A DNA stretch of 63,980 nt, the filler included, from Acidimicrobiia bacterium (lineage in GTDB: Bacteria; Actinomycetota; Acidimicrobiia; Spongiisociales; SHLN01): assembly GCA_041619515.1 (NCBI GenBank). It is 5 parts of 5 records of this genome, joined end to end, with 100 filler letters (N's around TTAATTAATTAA, not from the genome) between each part and the next. Parts side by side here need not be neighbours in the genome. Positions count along the whole stretch, not along the records: positions 31,435 to 46,023 come from JBFKDW010000074.1; positions 46,124 to 60,232 come from JBFKDW010000076.1; 3 more parts are not named here. One strand, 5' to 3'. The notes under the pieces were generated by a model. It was not told where the DNA came from. It did not search any database and worked only from the letters and a program-made list of their open reading frames with translations. Position numbers and translations under genes: made by a program. Of this stretch, positions 38,308 to 47,369 are shown piece by piece; positions within the stretch are counted from its first letter, which is position 1, and each line of letters starts with the position of its first letter.

Positions 38308-39158
38308 GGCACGATCTGTGACAGGCTCGTCACCACCACGTCGGTGCCTCCGGCCGCCTTGATGGCGGGAATGATGGCGGGGAGCGCTTCGCGCGGGACC
38401 GCCGCCCGGACGGCAAATCCCTGGCTGCCGTAGAGCGGGGCGACCGTGGCCTCACGCATGCTCGGAAGCAAGGTGACGACCTCCTCCAACCGGTCCGCCG
38501 GGGCGTTCACCTCGATCATCACCCGCTGTCGAGCATTGAGAACCGATTCGAGCAGCAGAGCCAGATCGCTGATGCGCTCCTTCCGGTAGGGATCGTCCAT
38601 CGCCCGGCGGCTGGCATAGAGGCGGGTGGATGACTCGCCGAGCACGTCGACCACCCGCAGCCCGTTGGCACGCAATGTGCTCCCGGTTGCCGAATTGTCG
38701 ACGATGATGTCGGCGTCTTCGGGTGGGAACACCTCGGTGGCCCCATAGCTGCGAATCACTTCCGCATCGAGGCCCCTGGCCCGCACCCAGGCCTCCGTGA
38801 GCAGTGGATACTCGGTGGCAACCACCAGCCGCCGGTCCGGGAGCTCGCTCCATTCTTCGGGTGATGCGGCGACGAGCTGCACGGTGTCCATCCCGGTGTC
38901 GAGGACTTCGACGATGTCGGCTCGCAGCTCCCGGACCCAGTCGGCGCCGGCAAACCCGACATCGCGAGTGCCGAGGTCGAGCATTTCGACGATGTTCTGG
39001 GGCTTGAGGATCTTGACCTCGAACCCGGGAAGCGAGAGCGTGGGCCGGTACCCGCGGGCAGACGGAGTCACGTCGATTCCGGCATCGGCCAGCAGATCCT
39101 TGACCCCCTGTGCCATGTGCCCTTTCGGGAGACCGAGGTGGATTGTTTGTTCGTTCAT
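38304..39158 (-). CDS. hisG: ATP phosphoribosyltransferase, long form
   Basis: LPKG, VATEYP, GATE, ADIIVDNSATGSTLRANGL, C-terminal regulatory domain. Confidence 0.96.
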   Translation of the reverse strand: MNEQTIHLGLPKGHMAQGVKDLLADAGIDVTPSARGYRPTLSLPGFEVKILKPQNIVEMLDLGTRDVGFAGADWVRELRADIVEVLDTGMDTVQLVAASPEEWSELPDRRLVVATEYPLLTEAWVRARGLDAEVIRSYGATEVFPPEDADIIVDNSATGSTLRANGLRVVDVLGESSTRLYASRRAMDDPYRKERISDLALLLESVLNARQRVMIEVNAPADRLEEVVTLLPSMREATVAPLYGSQGFAVRAAVPREALPAIIPAIKAAGGTDVVVTSLSQIVP

Positions 39159-39194
39159 GGTGTTCCTCCGGCTGGCCTGCGGAGGAACGGAACG

Positions 39195-39220
39195 AAAAAA
39201 CCGGCCTTCGCAGGCCGGCT
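39195..39220 (-). terminator. his attenuator terminator
   Basis: mRNA GCCGGCCU-GCGA-AGGCCGGU followed by a U-tract, between the leader and hisG. Confidence 0.85.
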
Positions 39221-39245
39221 GTGGTGCTGCGTCCCTGTGCGCGAG

Positions 39246-39308
39246 CTACACCTCCAGCCAGCCCTCCTGGGCATGGTGATGATGGAGGTGGCAGTTCGAG
39301 CTGTACAT
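39246..39308 (-). CDS. hisL: his operon leader peptide MYSSNCHLHHHHAQEGWLEV
   Basis: 20-aa ORF with 5 His in 6 codons, GAGG RBS, alternative 1:2/2:3/3:4 pairings. Confidence 0.85.
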   Translation of the reverse strand: MYSSNCHLHHHHAQEGWLEV

Positions 39309-39354
39309 GTGGGCCTCATGTTTACAGGAAGGCGCGTCGCTATGCAAACGGCGG

Positions 39355-39735
39355 TCAACCAACCCGGAACCTGACGAGCGGCGCCCCGCTCACCCAGCGA
39401 GGCAGGATGTGCTCGGCCTTGGTGGGCTCGTTGCCCCAGCTCTCGGTCAGGATGCGATAGAGCACGCGTGCCCGCTCCCCTTCATCGGCGATCGGCTCCG
39501 CCGTGGCGTCGAGGTCGGCGTCGACCCCACCCTTCAGATGCAGGGTGAACCGGGGGTTGGCATGCAGATTGGCGAGCCAGTCCCGCCTGAAGCCCGGCTT
39601 TCCTGTGATGAAATACTCCCCGTCGAACTGATGGAAGACGATTTCGATGCGGCGTTCCCGGCCGCTCTTGGCGCCGGTGGTGGTGATGTCGCAGATGCCG
39701 CCGGCGGCCAGTGCGGCCGCGATCTGTGGGTCCAT
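39355..39735 (-). CDS. F420-dependent nitroreductase-like (split-barrel) protein
   Basis: ITTTGAKSGRERRIEI, RDWLANLHANP. Confidence 0.8.
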   Translation of the reverse strand: MDPQIAAALAAGGICDITTTGAKSGRERRIEIVFHQFDGEYFITGKPGFRRDWLANLHANPRFTLHLKGGVDADLDATAEPIADEGERARVLYRILTESWGNEPTKAEHILPRWVSGAPLVRFRVG

Positions 39736-39878
39736 GATGGCTGGCAACCTTCAGGGCTGCCGTGCTATTCCGGCTCCGGACCGCACGGCGTCGCCGGGCC
39801 GGCGATGCGGGGCGTGCCGGGTGCCGCCGCCGGGCCGCGTCGCCTCACGACCCCGGGCGGGTCCGCTAGGTTCGGTGC

Positions 39879-40091
39879 ATGCGGATGCAGACAGGCCGAA
39901 TGGTGAGCCTGGGCTACAGCAAGTACGTGCGTTCGGATGACGTCACCGCCATCGAGCCGCTCACCGAGGGCCGGGGGCCGGGGCGCCGTACGCTCGTCTG
40001 GGTGCGCGGCCTCGACGACCCCATCGTGGCGTCCCGGTCGGTGGCCGCCATCGTGAACGACCTCACCAACCCGAGCCTCACCGACGAGTAA
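39879..40091 (+). CDS. Small hypothetical protein
   Basis: TAGGTT-N6-ATG leaderless signature; SLGYSKYVRSD...IVASRS. Confidence 0.7.
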   Translation: MRMQTGRMVSLGYSKYVRSDDVTAIEPLTEGRGPGRRTLVWVRGLDDPIVASRSVAAIVNDLTNPSLTDE

Positions 40092-40115
40092 CCATCGATC
40101 GCGGCGGGCGGGTGC

Positions 40116-40418
40116 TCAGGCCCCTCGCTGGACTTCGCCTTCGAACAGGTAGCGGGGCTCGGCCCGGCCGGTGACCCCGAGCCTGGCCGATACCGTGTTG
40201 ATCACATCCTGGTACGGCTTCGAATCCATCCAGTAATGGAAGCGCTCCTCCGAGGTCCACGTCGAGACCACCGCATATCTGCTGCCGCTCTGGGACACCA
40301 TGCTCTGCGAGCAGTCGGGGTTGTTCCGCAGCGCCGACCCGACCAGGTCATCCCATATCTCGAGCGCGTCGTGCGGAGCATCCTCGATTTCAAAGACCGC
40401 GATTCTCAGGAACGTCAT
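40116..40418 (-). CDS. Antibiotic biosynthesis monooxygenase-like (dimeric a+b barrel) protein
   Basis: YAVVSTWTSEERF..W..S motif. Confidence 0.7.
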   Translation of the reverse strand: MTFLRIAVFEIEDAPHDALEIWDDLVGSALRNNPDCSQSMVSQSGSRYAVVSTWTSEERFHYWMDSKPYQDVINTVSARLGVTGRAEPRYLFEGEVQRGA

Positions 40419-40490
40419 GGCGTCACACCCCTGTTGTTGGCTACCGATCACGCTACCCCTGCGGCGCCGGTGGTGCCGGGCGTGGCGTGG

Positions 40491-41375
40491 TCAGCGGTGG
40501 CGCGGGACCGTATGCTCCCAATCGGCCAGGATCGCCCGCAGCGCCGACACGAACGCAAGCGGCTGATCGATGATGAGGTGGTGGTGGGCCTCGGGGATTG
40601 CCACGACCGGGGCGTTTCTCCCCAGCAACTCGTGCATGTAGTCGCTCACGTCCGGGGTCACGAGGTCCGACAGCTCGCCGCGGAACAGGGCGACCCGGGT
40701 GTGGATGCCGGCCAGGTACTCGTGAATGGCGGCCGGCTTGAGGCGTGGAAAGATGTTCGGATCGAACTTCCAGGTCCAGCCATCCTCCACCCGTCGCAAC
40801 GAGTGGCGGGCAATGTAGTCCATCACATAGGGGGGTCCGGGTGGCTGGTCGGGCACGAGGCGGAAATGCTCGAGGGCGGTCTCGACGTCGGCGTAGGTCT
40901 TGGGATTGCGGAACGCCCTTCCCCGGACACCCTCTTCCCGTTCAGGATCCGGGCGATTCACCGGCGAGTCGACGATGATGGCACCGCGCAGCTTCTCCCC
41001 GTGGAGGGCTGCGGTCACGATCGAGACCAGGCCTCCCATCGAATGGCCGACGAGCACAGGAGGGCTGTCGATGCCGGTGGCGGCGCATACCGCCATGATC
41101 TCCTCGGCCCAGATGTCGAAGGCGTAGTCGGACCGGCGCCCGCTATCGCCGTGGCCGGACATGTCTATCGCAACCGGGTGGTAGCGCTCGATGAACATCG
41201 GCGCCAGATGGGTCCACCAGTGTGCGTGGGCACTGCCACCGTGCACGAAGACGATCCCGGGACGGTCGCGCTCCCCCCACTCCAGGTAGTGGATGGAGAC
41301 GTCCGCCACCTCGACGGTCCCCTCCTGAATCGGCGTCTCGATCGCCCGAGAGAACCAGCCAGGCGTGTCGCTCAT
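40491..41375 (-). CDS. Alpha/beta hydrolase
   Basis: HGG..H..WW, GHSMGG nucleophile elbow, HH..DQP. Confidence 0.92.
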   Translation of the reverse strand: MSDTPGWFSRAIETPIQEGTVEVADVSIHYLEWGERDRPGIVFVHGGSAHAHWWTHLAPMFIERYHPVAIDMSGHGDSGRRSDYAFDIWAEEIMAVCAATGIDSPPVLVGHSMGGLVSIVTAALHGEKLRGAIIVDSPVNRPDPEREEGVRGRAFRNPKTYADVETALEHFRLVPDQPPGPPYVMDYIARHSLRRVEDGWTWKFDPNIFPRLKPAAIHEYLAGIHTRVALFRGELSDLVTPDVSDYMHELLGRNAPVVAIPEAHHHLIIDQPLAFVSALRAILADWEHTVPRHR

Positions 41376-42076
41376 TCGACCCTGGGCATCGTGATGGCGT
41401 CCATGTCCTGGTCGAGCGTGGCCCGCACGTGGTCGGCAACCCTGCCCCGGACGCGCCGCTTCGAGGGCCCGTAGCCGCCGGGATCGAATTTGGCCATCTC
41501 GGTGGCCTGGCTCATGACCCGCTCCATGAGCTGCTTGGCCCCGACGGCCTCGTCCAGGTAACCGGCCTCGATCGCTCCGTCGGCGTCGAACATCCGGGCG
41601 TGCAGGGTTGCCGCGGTGAACACACGCGGGTCCAGCCTGGCTCGGGCGAGCTCCACGGCAAAAACCGGCAGCGGCATGCCGATGCCGACCTCGTTCAGCC
41701 CGATCCACCAGTCACCTTCGATGCCGATCCGGTAATCGGCAGCCAGCAGCAGCATGGCGCCGGCCGCGACGGCGTGGCCCGTGCAGGCGACGAGGAACGG
41801 CCGCGGGAACTCCCACACGCGCAACAGGAGCTCGGCGCCGGATCGAACCAGGGCCCGCATGGCGCCGACATCGGACCCCATCACCCCGAGGTCGAAGCCA
41901 CCTGAGAAACGGCCCGCCCGGCCCAGCAGGACGACGGCGCCGGCCTCTTTCTCGGCACGATCGAGGGCGGCGTGCAGCGCACCGATCGAGACGTCGTTGA
42001 GCACGTTGGCCTTGCCGTCATCGAGGACGACTACGGCAACGCTGCCCTCGAGGCGATACGTGAGCACATCGGACAT
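41372..42076 (-). CDS. Enoyl-CoA hydratase/isomerase
   Basis: DDGKAN, FSGGFDL, GHAVAAG, GLNEV. Confidence 0.92.
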   Translation of the reverse strand: MSDVLTYRLEGSVAVVVLDDGKANVLNDVSIGALHAALDRAEKEAGAVVLLGRAGRFSGGFDLGVMGSDVGAMRALVRSGAELLLRVWEFPRPFLVACTGHAVAAGAMLLLAADYRIGIEGDWWIGLNEVGIGMPLPVFAVELARARLDPRVFTAATLHARMFDADGAIEAGYLDEAVGAKQLMERVMSQATEMAKFDPGGYGPSKRRVRGRVADHVRATLDQDMDAITMPRVE

Positions 42077-42138
42077 GCCAGAAAGCTAGCCGACCTGCCC
42101 TGTGCACCGGCCCGACCGGAACGCTCGAGGCGAGAATC

Positions 42139-42160
42139 TGTCACACCCGGCCTGTACGTT
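42139..42160 (+). promoter_or_regulatory. RecA-NDp/PafBC-type promoter of a leaderless microprotein
   Basis: TGTCACACCCGGCCTGTACGTT, 19/22 identical to the recA proximal promoter. Confidence 0.68.
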
Positions 42161-42166
42161 GGGATC

Positions 42167-42307
42167 ATGAGAAACAACACTTCCACCATCGACCTCGCCG
42201 CCATCCAGCGCCTGCTCGCCGAGGCGGGCATCCCGGCCATCCCAGTGGAGGGCTGCGCGGACGAGCAATGCCCGTGGTGCCTGCCTTCCGGGGCAATGGC
42301 CGCCTGA
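42167..42307 (+). CDS. 46-aa Cys-motif microprotein (C-x4-CPWC)
   Basis: MRNNTSTIDLAAIQRLLAEAGIPAIPVEGCADEQCPWCLPSGAMAA; ATG 6 nt after the -10. Confidence 0.62.
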   Translation: MRNNTSTIDLAAIQRLLAEAGIPAIPVEGCADEQCPWCLPSGAMAA

Positions 42308-42355
42308 TCGCAGCCATCGGCCCCCCGGGCCGGAAGCCGGTAAGGTTCATGGGCC

Positions 42356-43492
42356 ATGTCGCTGCAACGGCCCTCTTTCACGGTAGGAATCGAGGAGGAA
42401 TACCTGCTCGTCGAGTCTGAGAGCCGCGATCTCGTGCGCGATCCTCCCGAGGAGCTGTGGGCCGACCTCACCGAGGCATTGGGCGAAGAGGTGGGGAGCG
42501 AGTTCATGCGGTCCCAGGTCGAGATTCAAACGCGGCCCTGCGCCTCCATCGCCGAGGCCCGTGAGGACCTCACCAACAAGCGGCGCACCGTATGCGAGAT
42601 CGCCGAGCGCTACGGCCTGCATTCGATCGCAGCGTCCACCCACCCCTTTGCCGACTGGGGGCAGCAGCTCCATACCGACAAGGAGCGGTACAACCTGCTC
42701 GCCCGCGACATGCAGGGCGTGGTCCGGCGCCTCCTGATCTCCGGGATGCACGTCCACGTGGGGATCGCCGATCCGGACACGCGCATCGACCTCATGAGCC
42801 AGGTCTCCTATTTCCTGCCCCACCTGCTGGCGTTGAGCACGTCGAGCCCCTTCTGGCACAGCGAGGATACGGGGCTGAAAAGCTACCGGATGAGCGTGTT
42901 CAAGGCGCTTCCCCGCACCGGGCTACCCGAACACTTCAACAGCTGGGCCGAGTACGAGCGGCATGTGAACGTGCTCGTCGAGGCCGGCATCTTCGAGGAT
43001 GCCAGCAAGGTGTGGTGGGACGTCAGGCCCAGCGCCCGCTACCCCACCCTCGAGATGCGGATCGCCGACATATGCACGACGCTCGAAGACGGTCTCGCCA
43101 TCGCTGCGGTCTATACCAGTCTCCTCAGCATGCTGTTCACGAAGCGACAGCAGAACCAACGCTGGCGCACCTACTCGAACTTCCTCATCTCCGAGAACCT
43201 GTGGCGGGCCCAGCGCTACGGCATCAACGAGCCGCTCATGGACTTCGGCATTGGCCGGCTCGTGGCCTTCCCCGAGCTGACCGAAGAGCTGATCGCGCTG
43301 CTCGCCCCCGAAGCTGCCCGCCTCGGCTGCGTTGCCGAAGTCGAGCATGTGCGGGAAATCGTCAAGCGGGGCACAAGCGCCGATCGCCAGCTGGCGGTGT
43401 ACGAAAAGGCGTTGGCCGAGGGCAACGACGGGCGGGGCGCCCTCACCAGGGTGGTCGACTTCCTCATCGAGGAAACCAAGGTCGGTCTCTGA
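42356..43492 (+). CDS. Carboxylate-amine ligase (YbdK/GCS2 family)
   Basis: TVGIEEE, GMHVHVG, SSPFW, WWDVRP...TLEMR. Confidence 0.94.
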   Translation: MSLQRPSFTVGIEEEYLLVESESRDLVRDPPEELWADLTEALGEEVGSEFMRSQVEIQTRPCASIAEAREDLTNKRRTVCEIAERYGLHSIAASTHPFADWGQQLHTDKERYNLLARDMQGVVRRLLISGMHVHVGIADPDTRIDLMSQVSYFLPHLLALSTSSPFWHSEDTGLKSYRMSVFKALPRTGLPEHFNSWAEYERHVNVLVEAGIFEDASKVWWDVRPSARYPTLEMRIADICTTLEDGLAIAAVYTSLLSMLFTKRQQNQRWRTYSNFLISENLWRAQRYGINEPLMDFGIGRLVAFPELTEELIALLAPEAARLGCVAEVEHVREIVKRGTSADRQLAVYEKALAEGNDGRGALTRVVDFLIEETKVGL

Positions 43493-43580
43493 CCCATCGG
43501 CGCCTGCCGCCGCCTGCACCCGCCCGGAAAGCCCGGTGACCACTGCCCTGTGGCGGGCGGCGCCCACCTACAATTACGCC

Positions 43581-45371
43581 ATGTCCACCGAGTACGCACC
43601 GCCGATCGCCGACATCGCCTTCGTCCTCGAACGCATCACCGACCTCGAAGGGCTCTCCAAGCTCGATGGCTTCGAGCACGCCGACCCCGAGACTGTGCGG
43701 GGCGCTCTCGAAGAGGCCGGCCGCTTCATGGCCGAGGTGATCGCCCCCACCAATCGCATCGGTGATCAGGTCGGCTCTCGCCACGACGGCGACGCCTCGG
43801 TCGTCACTCCAGAAGGCTTCCGCGAGGCTTACCGCAAGTTCGTCGATTCTGGCTGGGGAGCGGTCGGCTATCCGCCCGAGGCGGGCGGAGCCGGGCTGCC
43901 GTGGCTGGTTGGCCTGGCCGTTCAGGAGATGTTCACCTCTGCCAATATGGCGTTCTCCATCGGGCCCATGCTCACCCAGGGGGCGGTTGAAGCCCTCCTG
44001 TTCCACGGTTCCGACGAGCAGAAGGCGACCTATCTCGACAAGCTGTCGAGCGGTGAGTGGATGGGAACGATGGTCCTCACCGAGCCCGAGGCCGGTTCCG
44101 ACGTCGGAGCGCTGCGCTCCAGGGCGACCCGCAACGAGGATGGTTCCTATTCCATCTCCGGAACCAAGATCTACATCAGCTGGGGCGAGCACGACCTGGC
44201 CGAGAACATCATTCACATGGTGCTGGCGCGGACCCCCGACGGACCACCCGGAACAAAGGGTATTTCGATGTTCCTGGTGCCGAAGTTCCTCGTCAACCCC
44301 GACGGGTCCCTGGGAGCGCGCAACAGCGTCAAGGCGGTGTCGATCGAGCACAAGATGGGCATCCACGCCAGCCCCACCTGTGTGATGGCGTTCGAAGATG
44401 CCACCGGATACCTCGTCGGCGAAGAGAACCAGGGCATGGGCAACATGTTCACGATGATGAACAGCGCCCGGCTGTCGGTAGGCGTAGAAGGCCTGGCGCT
44501 GTCCGAACGGGCCTACCAGCAGGCCGTCGAGTTCGCCCGGGAGCGCCGCCAGGGGCGGGCCATCGGTGCCCCCAAGTCCGAGCATTCCCCCATCATCGAG
44601 CACCCGGACATCCGCCGCATGCTGATGACCATGAGGGCCTCCATCGAAGCGATGCGCTGCCTGCTGTATTCGACGGCGGCGGCCTTCGATGTGGCCCATC
44701 ATTCCAGCGACGAGGCGGTCCGCGCCGCAGCCGAGGAGTACATGGACCTCGTGACCCCGATCGCCAAAGCGTGGTGTACCGACCTCGGGGTCGAGATGAC
44801 CTCGCTGGCCCTCCAGGTGCATGGGGGCATGGGGTACATCGAGGAGACCGGGGTCGCCCAGCACTACCGCGACGCCCGCATCGCTCCCATCTACGAGGGC
44901 ACCAACGGGATCCAGGCAATCGACCTCGTAGCCCGCAAACTCCCCATGCGCGGAGGCGGGGTCGTACAGGACCTCATCGGCCAGATGACGGCTCTCGACG
45001 CCGAGCTTGCCGAAGCAGGCGACGACCTCGGCTCGGTCCGCAGCGGGCTGAGCGCTGCCGTCGCCGATCTCACGGCGGCGGTCCTATGGCTGGGCGAGCA
45101 CGGGCCGAACGACCCCAACGACGCGCTCGCCGGCGCCACCCCCTTCCTCCGACTCATGGGAACCACCCTCGGCGGTTGGTTCATGGCCCGCTCGGCCTTG
45201 GCCGCTCGCGAGCTGCTCCAGAAGGGTGACGGAGATGCCGGGTTCCTCGAGGCCAAGGTGGCGACTGCCCGCTTCTACGCCGAGCAGCTCCTCCCCCAGA
45301 CGAGAAGCCTCCTGCCGATGGTCACGGCCGGGTCGGACGGGTTGTACGAGGTACCGGCTTCCCAGTTGTAG
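43581..45371 (+). CDS. Acyl-CoA dehydrogenase
   Basis: TMVLTEP.AGSD, KMGIHASPT, IYEGTNGIQA; TACAAT-N6-ATG. Confidence 0.95.
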   Translation: MSTEYAPPIADIAFVLERITDLEGLSKLDGFEHADPETVRGALEEAGRFMAEVIAPTNRIGDQVGSRHDGDASVVTPEGFREAYRKFVDSGWGAVGYPPEAGGAGLPWLVGLAVQEMFTSANMAFSIGPMLTQGAVEALLFHGSDEQKATYLDKLSSGEWMGTMVLTEPEAGSDVGALRSRATRNEDGSYSISGTKIYISWGEHDLAENIIHMVLARTPDGPPGTKGISMFLVPKFLVNPDGSLGARNSVKAVSIEHKMGIHASPTCVMAFEDATGYLVGEENQGMGNMFTMMNSARLSVGVEGLALSERAYQQAVEFARERRQGRAIGAPKSEHSPIIEHPDIRRMLMTMRASIEAMRCLLYSTAAAFDVAHHSSDEAVRAAAEEYMDLVTPIAKAWCTDLGVEMTSLALQVHGGMGYIEETGVAQHYRDARIAPIYEGTNGIQAIDLVARKLPMRGGGVVQDLIGQMTALDAELAEAGDDLGSVRSGLSAAVADLTAAVLWLGEHGPNDPNDALAGATPFLRLMGTTLGGWFMARSALAARELLQKGDGDAGFLEAKVATARFYAEQLLPQTRSLLPMVTAGSDGLYEVPASQL

Positions 45372-45422
45372 GCGGCCTCGACCTGACTCCTGTACGATCT
45401 GCCCACTCAACGAGGGTACGAG

Positions 45423-45911
45423 GTGACAGGAATGCCGAAAAACCGGTCGATGATTGACGATCTGGATGCACGCCTGATCCTCGAGTTGCAGCAAGAGCCG
45501 CGGCTTGGGGTCATGGAGCTGGCCCGTCGCCTTGAGGTTGCTCGCGGGACCGCCAACGCCCGCTTGGAGAAGCTGCAGCGGTCCGGGATCATCCTGGGGT
45601 TCGGCCCCGACATCGGCCTGGACCCGCTCGGCTACCCGGTGATGGCCTTCACCACCCTCGAAGTGAACCAGGGCCGGACGGGGGATCTCCTCGACCGCCT
45701 CCGGTCGGTGCCGGAGGTTCTCGAGGTGCATGCCATCGCCGGGCAAGGGGACCTCCTCATCAGGGTCGTTGCCCGATCAAACGAGCATCTCTTCGCCGTG
45801 CTCGAAGAGGTCCTCGCCGCCCCCGAGATCAGCCGTACCTCAACCGCCATCGCCCTCGCCGAGCACATCGGCTACCGCACGGGCCCTCTCGTCGAGACGT
45901 TCCGCGAGTAG
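45423..45911 (+). CDS. Lrp/AsnC family regulator
   Basis: IDDLDARLI..ELARRL HTH, AGQGDLL; start may be 45432 or 45450. Confidence 0.92.
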   Translation: MTGMPKNRSMIDDLDARLILELQQEPRLGVMELARRLEVARGTANARLEKLQRSGIILGFGPDIGLDPLGYPVMAFTTLEVNQGRTGDLLDRLRSVPEVLEVHAIAGQGDLLIRVVARSNEHLFAVLEEVLAAPEISRTSTAIALAEHIGYRTGPLVETFRE

Positions 45912-45929
45912 CGAACCGCGCCCCAACCA

Positions 45930-46020
45930 CTCCCCTCCCCCGGAGGGGGAGGTGCCCGCAGGGCCGGAGGGGACCTTCTTTCTCCTCCCCCGCAGGGGGA
46001 GGTGGCCCGCAGGGCCGGAG
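45930..46020. repeat. Two tandem REP-like palindromic units at the contig end
   Basis: cctcccccg(g/c)agggggaggtg(g)cccgcagggccggag repeated at about 45934 and 45984. Confidence 0.7.
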
Positions 46021-46023
46021 AAG

Positions 46024-46123
46024 NNNNNNNNNNNNNNNNNNNNNNNNNNNNNNNNNNNNNNNNNNNNTTAATTAATTAANNNNNNNNNNNNNNNNNNNNN
46101 NNNNNNNNNNNNNNNNNNNNNNN
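46024..46123. other. Artificial contig linker
   Basis: N44-TTAATTAATTAA-N44. Confidence 0.99.
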
Positions 46124-47101
46124 GCGGGTATGTTCGGCTTCCTGGAGGACCTCGGCGGCGGCCGCCCGTATCCGCCCTGCCTCCGAGCGGGCATCGTGGA
46201 GGATCTTCTCGACGGTGCCCGCCGCGTCCTCCTTGGCCGCCTCCACCAGCTTGAAAGCCTCGCCGCGGGCTTGCTCGGCCTCCTTTTTGACCTGGTTGGC
46301 TTCGGTTCGAAGCTTCTGCGCCTCCCGCCTGGCCTCGGTGAGCGCAGCGGTCGCCTCGTCTCTGGCCGCTTCGGCCTGCTGGTTGATCTCGACGGCGCGC
46401 GCCTTCGCATCGTCGGCGGCAGCTGCCAGCGCTTCCGCTCCCTCCGCCAACTCCCGGCGCTGGGCCTCCACGTCTTGGTTGAACGAGGCTGCGTACTGTT
46501 CGACTTCGTTCCGCTTCGCCTCAGCATCCTTCTCGGCATCGGACCGAATCCGCTCGGCCTGCTCCTCGGTGTGGGCGATCATGTCGGCGACGATCTTGCG
46601 GGCCTCTTCGGTCTCGGCCTGGGCGGCGGCAATCACCTGGTCGGCTTGCTGACGGGCGGCGCGGACTATTTCGTCTGGCTCATGATCGAACGCGATCCTG
46701 TCGTCGGCCTGCCTCTGGAGCTGAGCCGCCTCCGCTCTGGCCGCTTCCAGAAGCTCTTCGGCCTGGCGGCGAGCTCCGTCGAGGATGGCGGAGGGCTTCG
46801 CTCCGCCGTGTGTCTCGACGGCTTTGGCCCGGTCACGAGCCTCGGCGAGAATCGTCTGCGCGCGGGCTTCGGCGCTGCTCAGGATGCGGTCCTTGACCTC
46901 GAGGAGCGAGAAGAACGCCTGGTCGATGGCGGCGGCTTCGGATTCCTTGGCCTTCTGACTTTCGATTTCGAGCTGGGCAATACGACGCGAAGCTTCGTCG
47001 AGCAGTTGCTCGTATCTGGCTATCGCCTTTTCGACTTCACTGCGGGAGTAGCCACGTCCCACGGTCTTGAAGCGCGCTGCGTCGTTCGACTTTTTCGCCA
47101 C
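46124..47101 (-). CDS. DivIVA-domain long coiled-coil protein (FilP/Scy-like), 3'-truncated
   Basis: FKTVGRGYSRSEVE DivIVA motif followed by Ala/Glu-rich coiled coil; GTG 47101. Confidence 0.75.
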
Positions 47102-47369
47102 GGTGTATTGGTCGGCAGCCCAGTTGGCTGCCTTGAGAGATGAGGGGATGCCCGGTAACTGCGGTCTCTCGAACCGCCCGGCCCGGCCCCGGCTCGTATG
47201 ATTCGCCGGAAGTCTACGCCGGTCCGGGAGATGCCGGCCGAGGCGCCCGCCACGCCACGATCGAGCTGATGCCCGACCGGCACAGCTCCACGGTCTGCAT
47301 GGTCCATCGCCGGATTCCAATGGCCGTCGGTCCCTAGTGCCGCCACCCCCGCGCCCGTACGTTCGCAGC

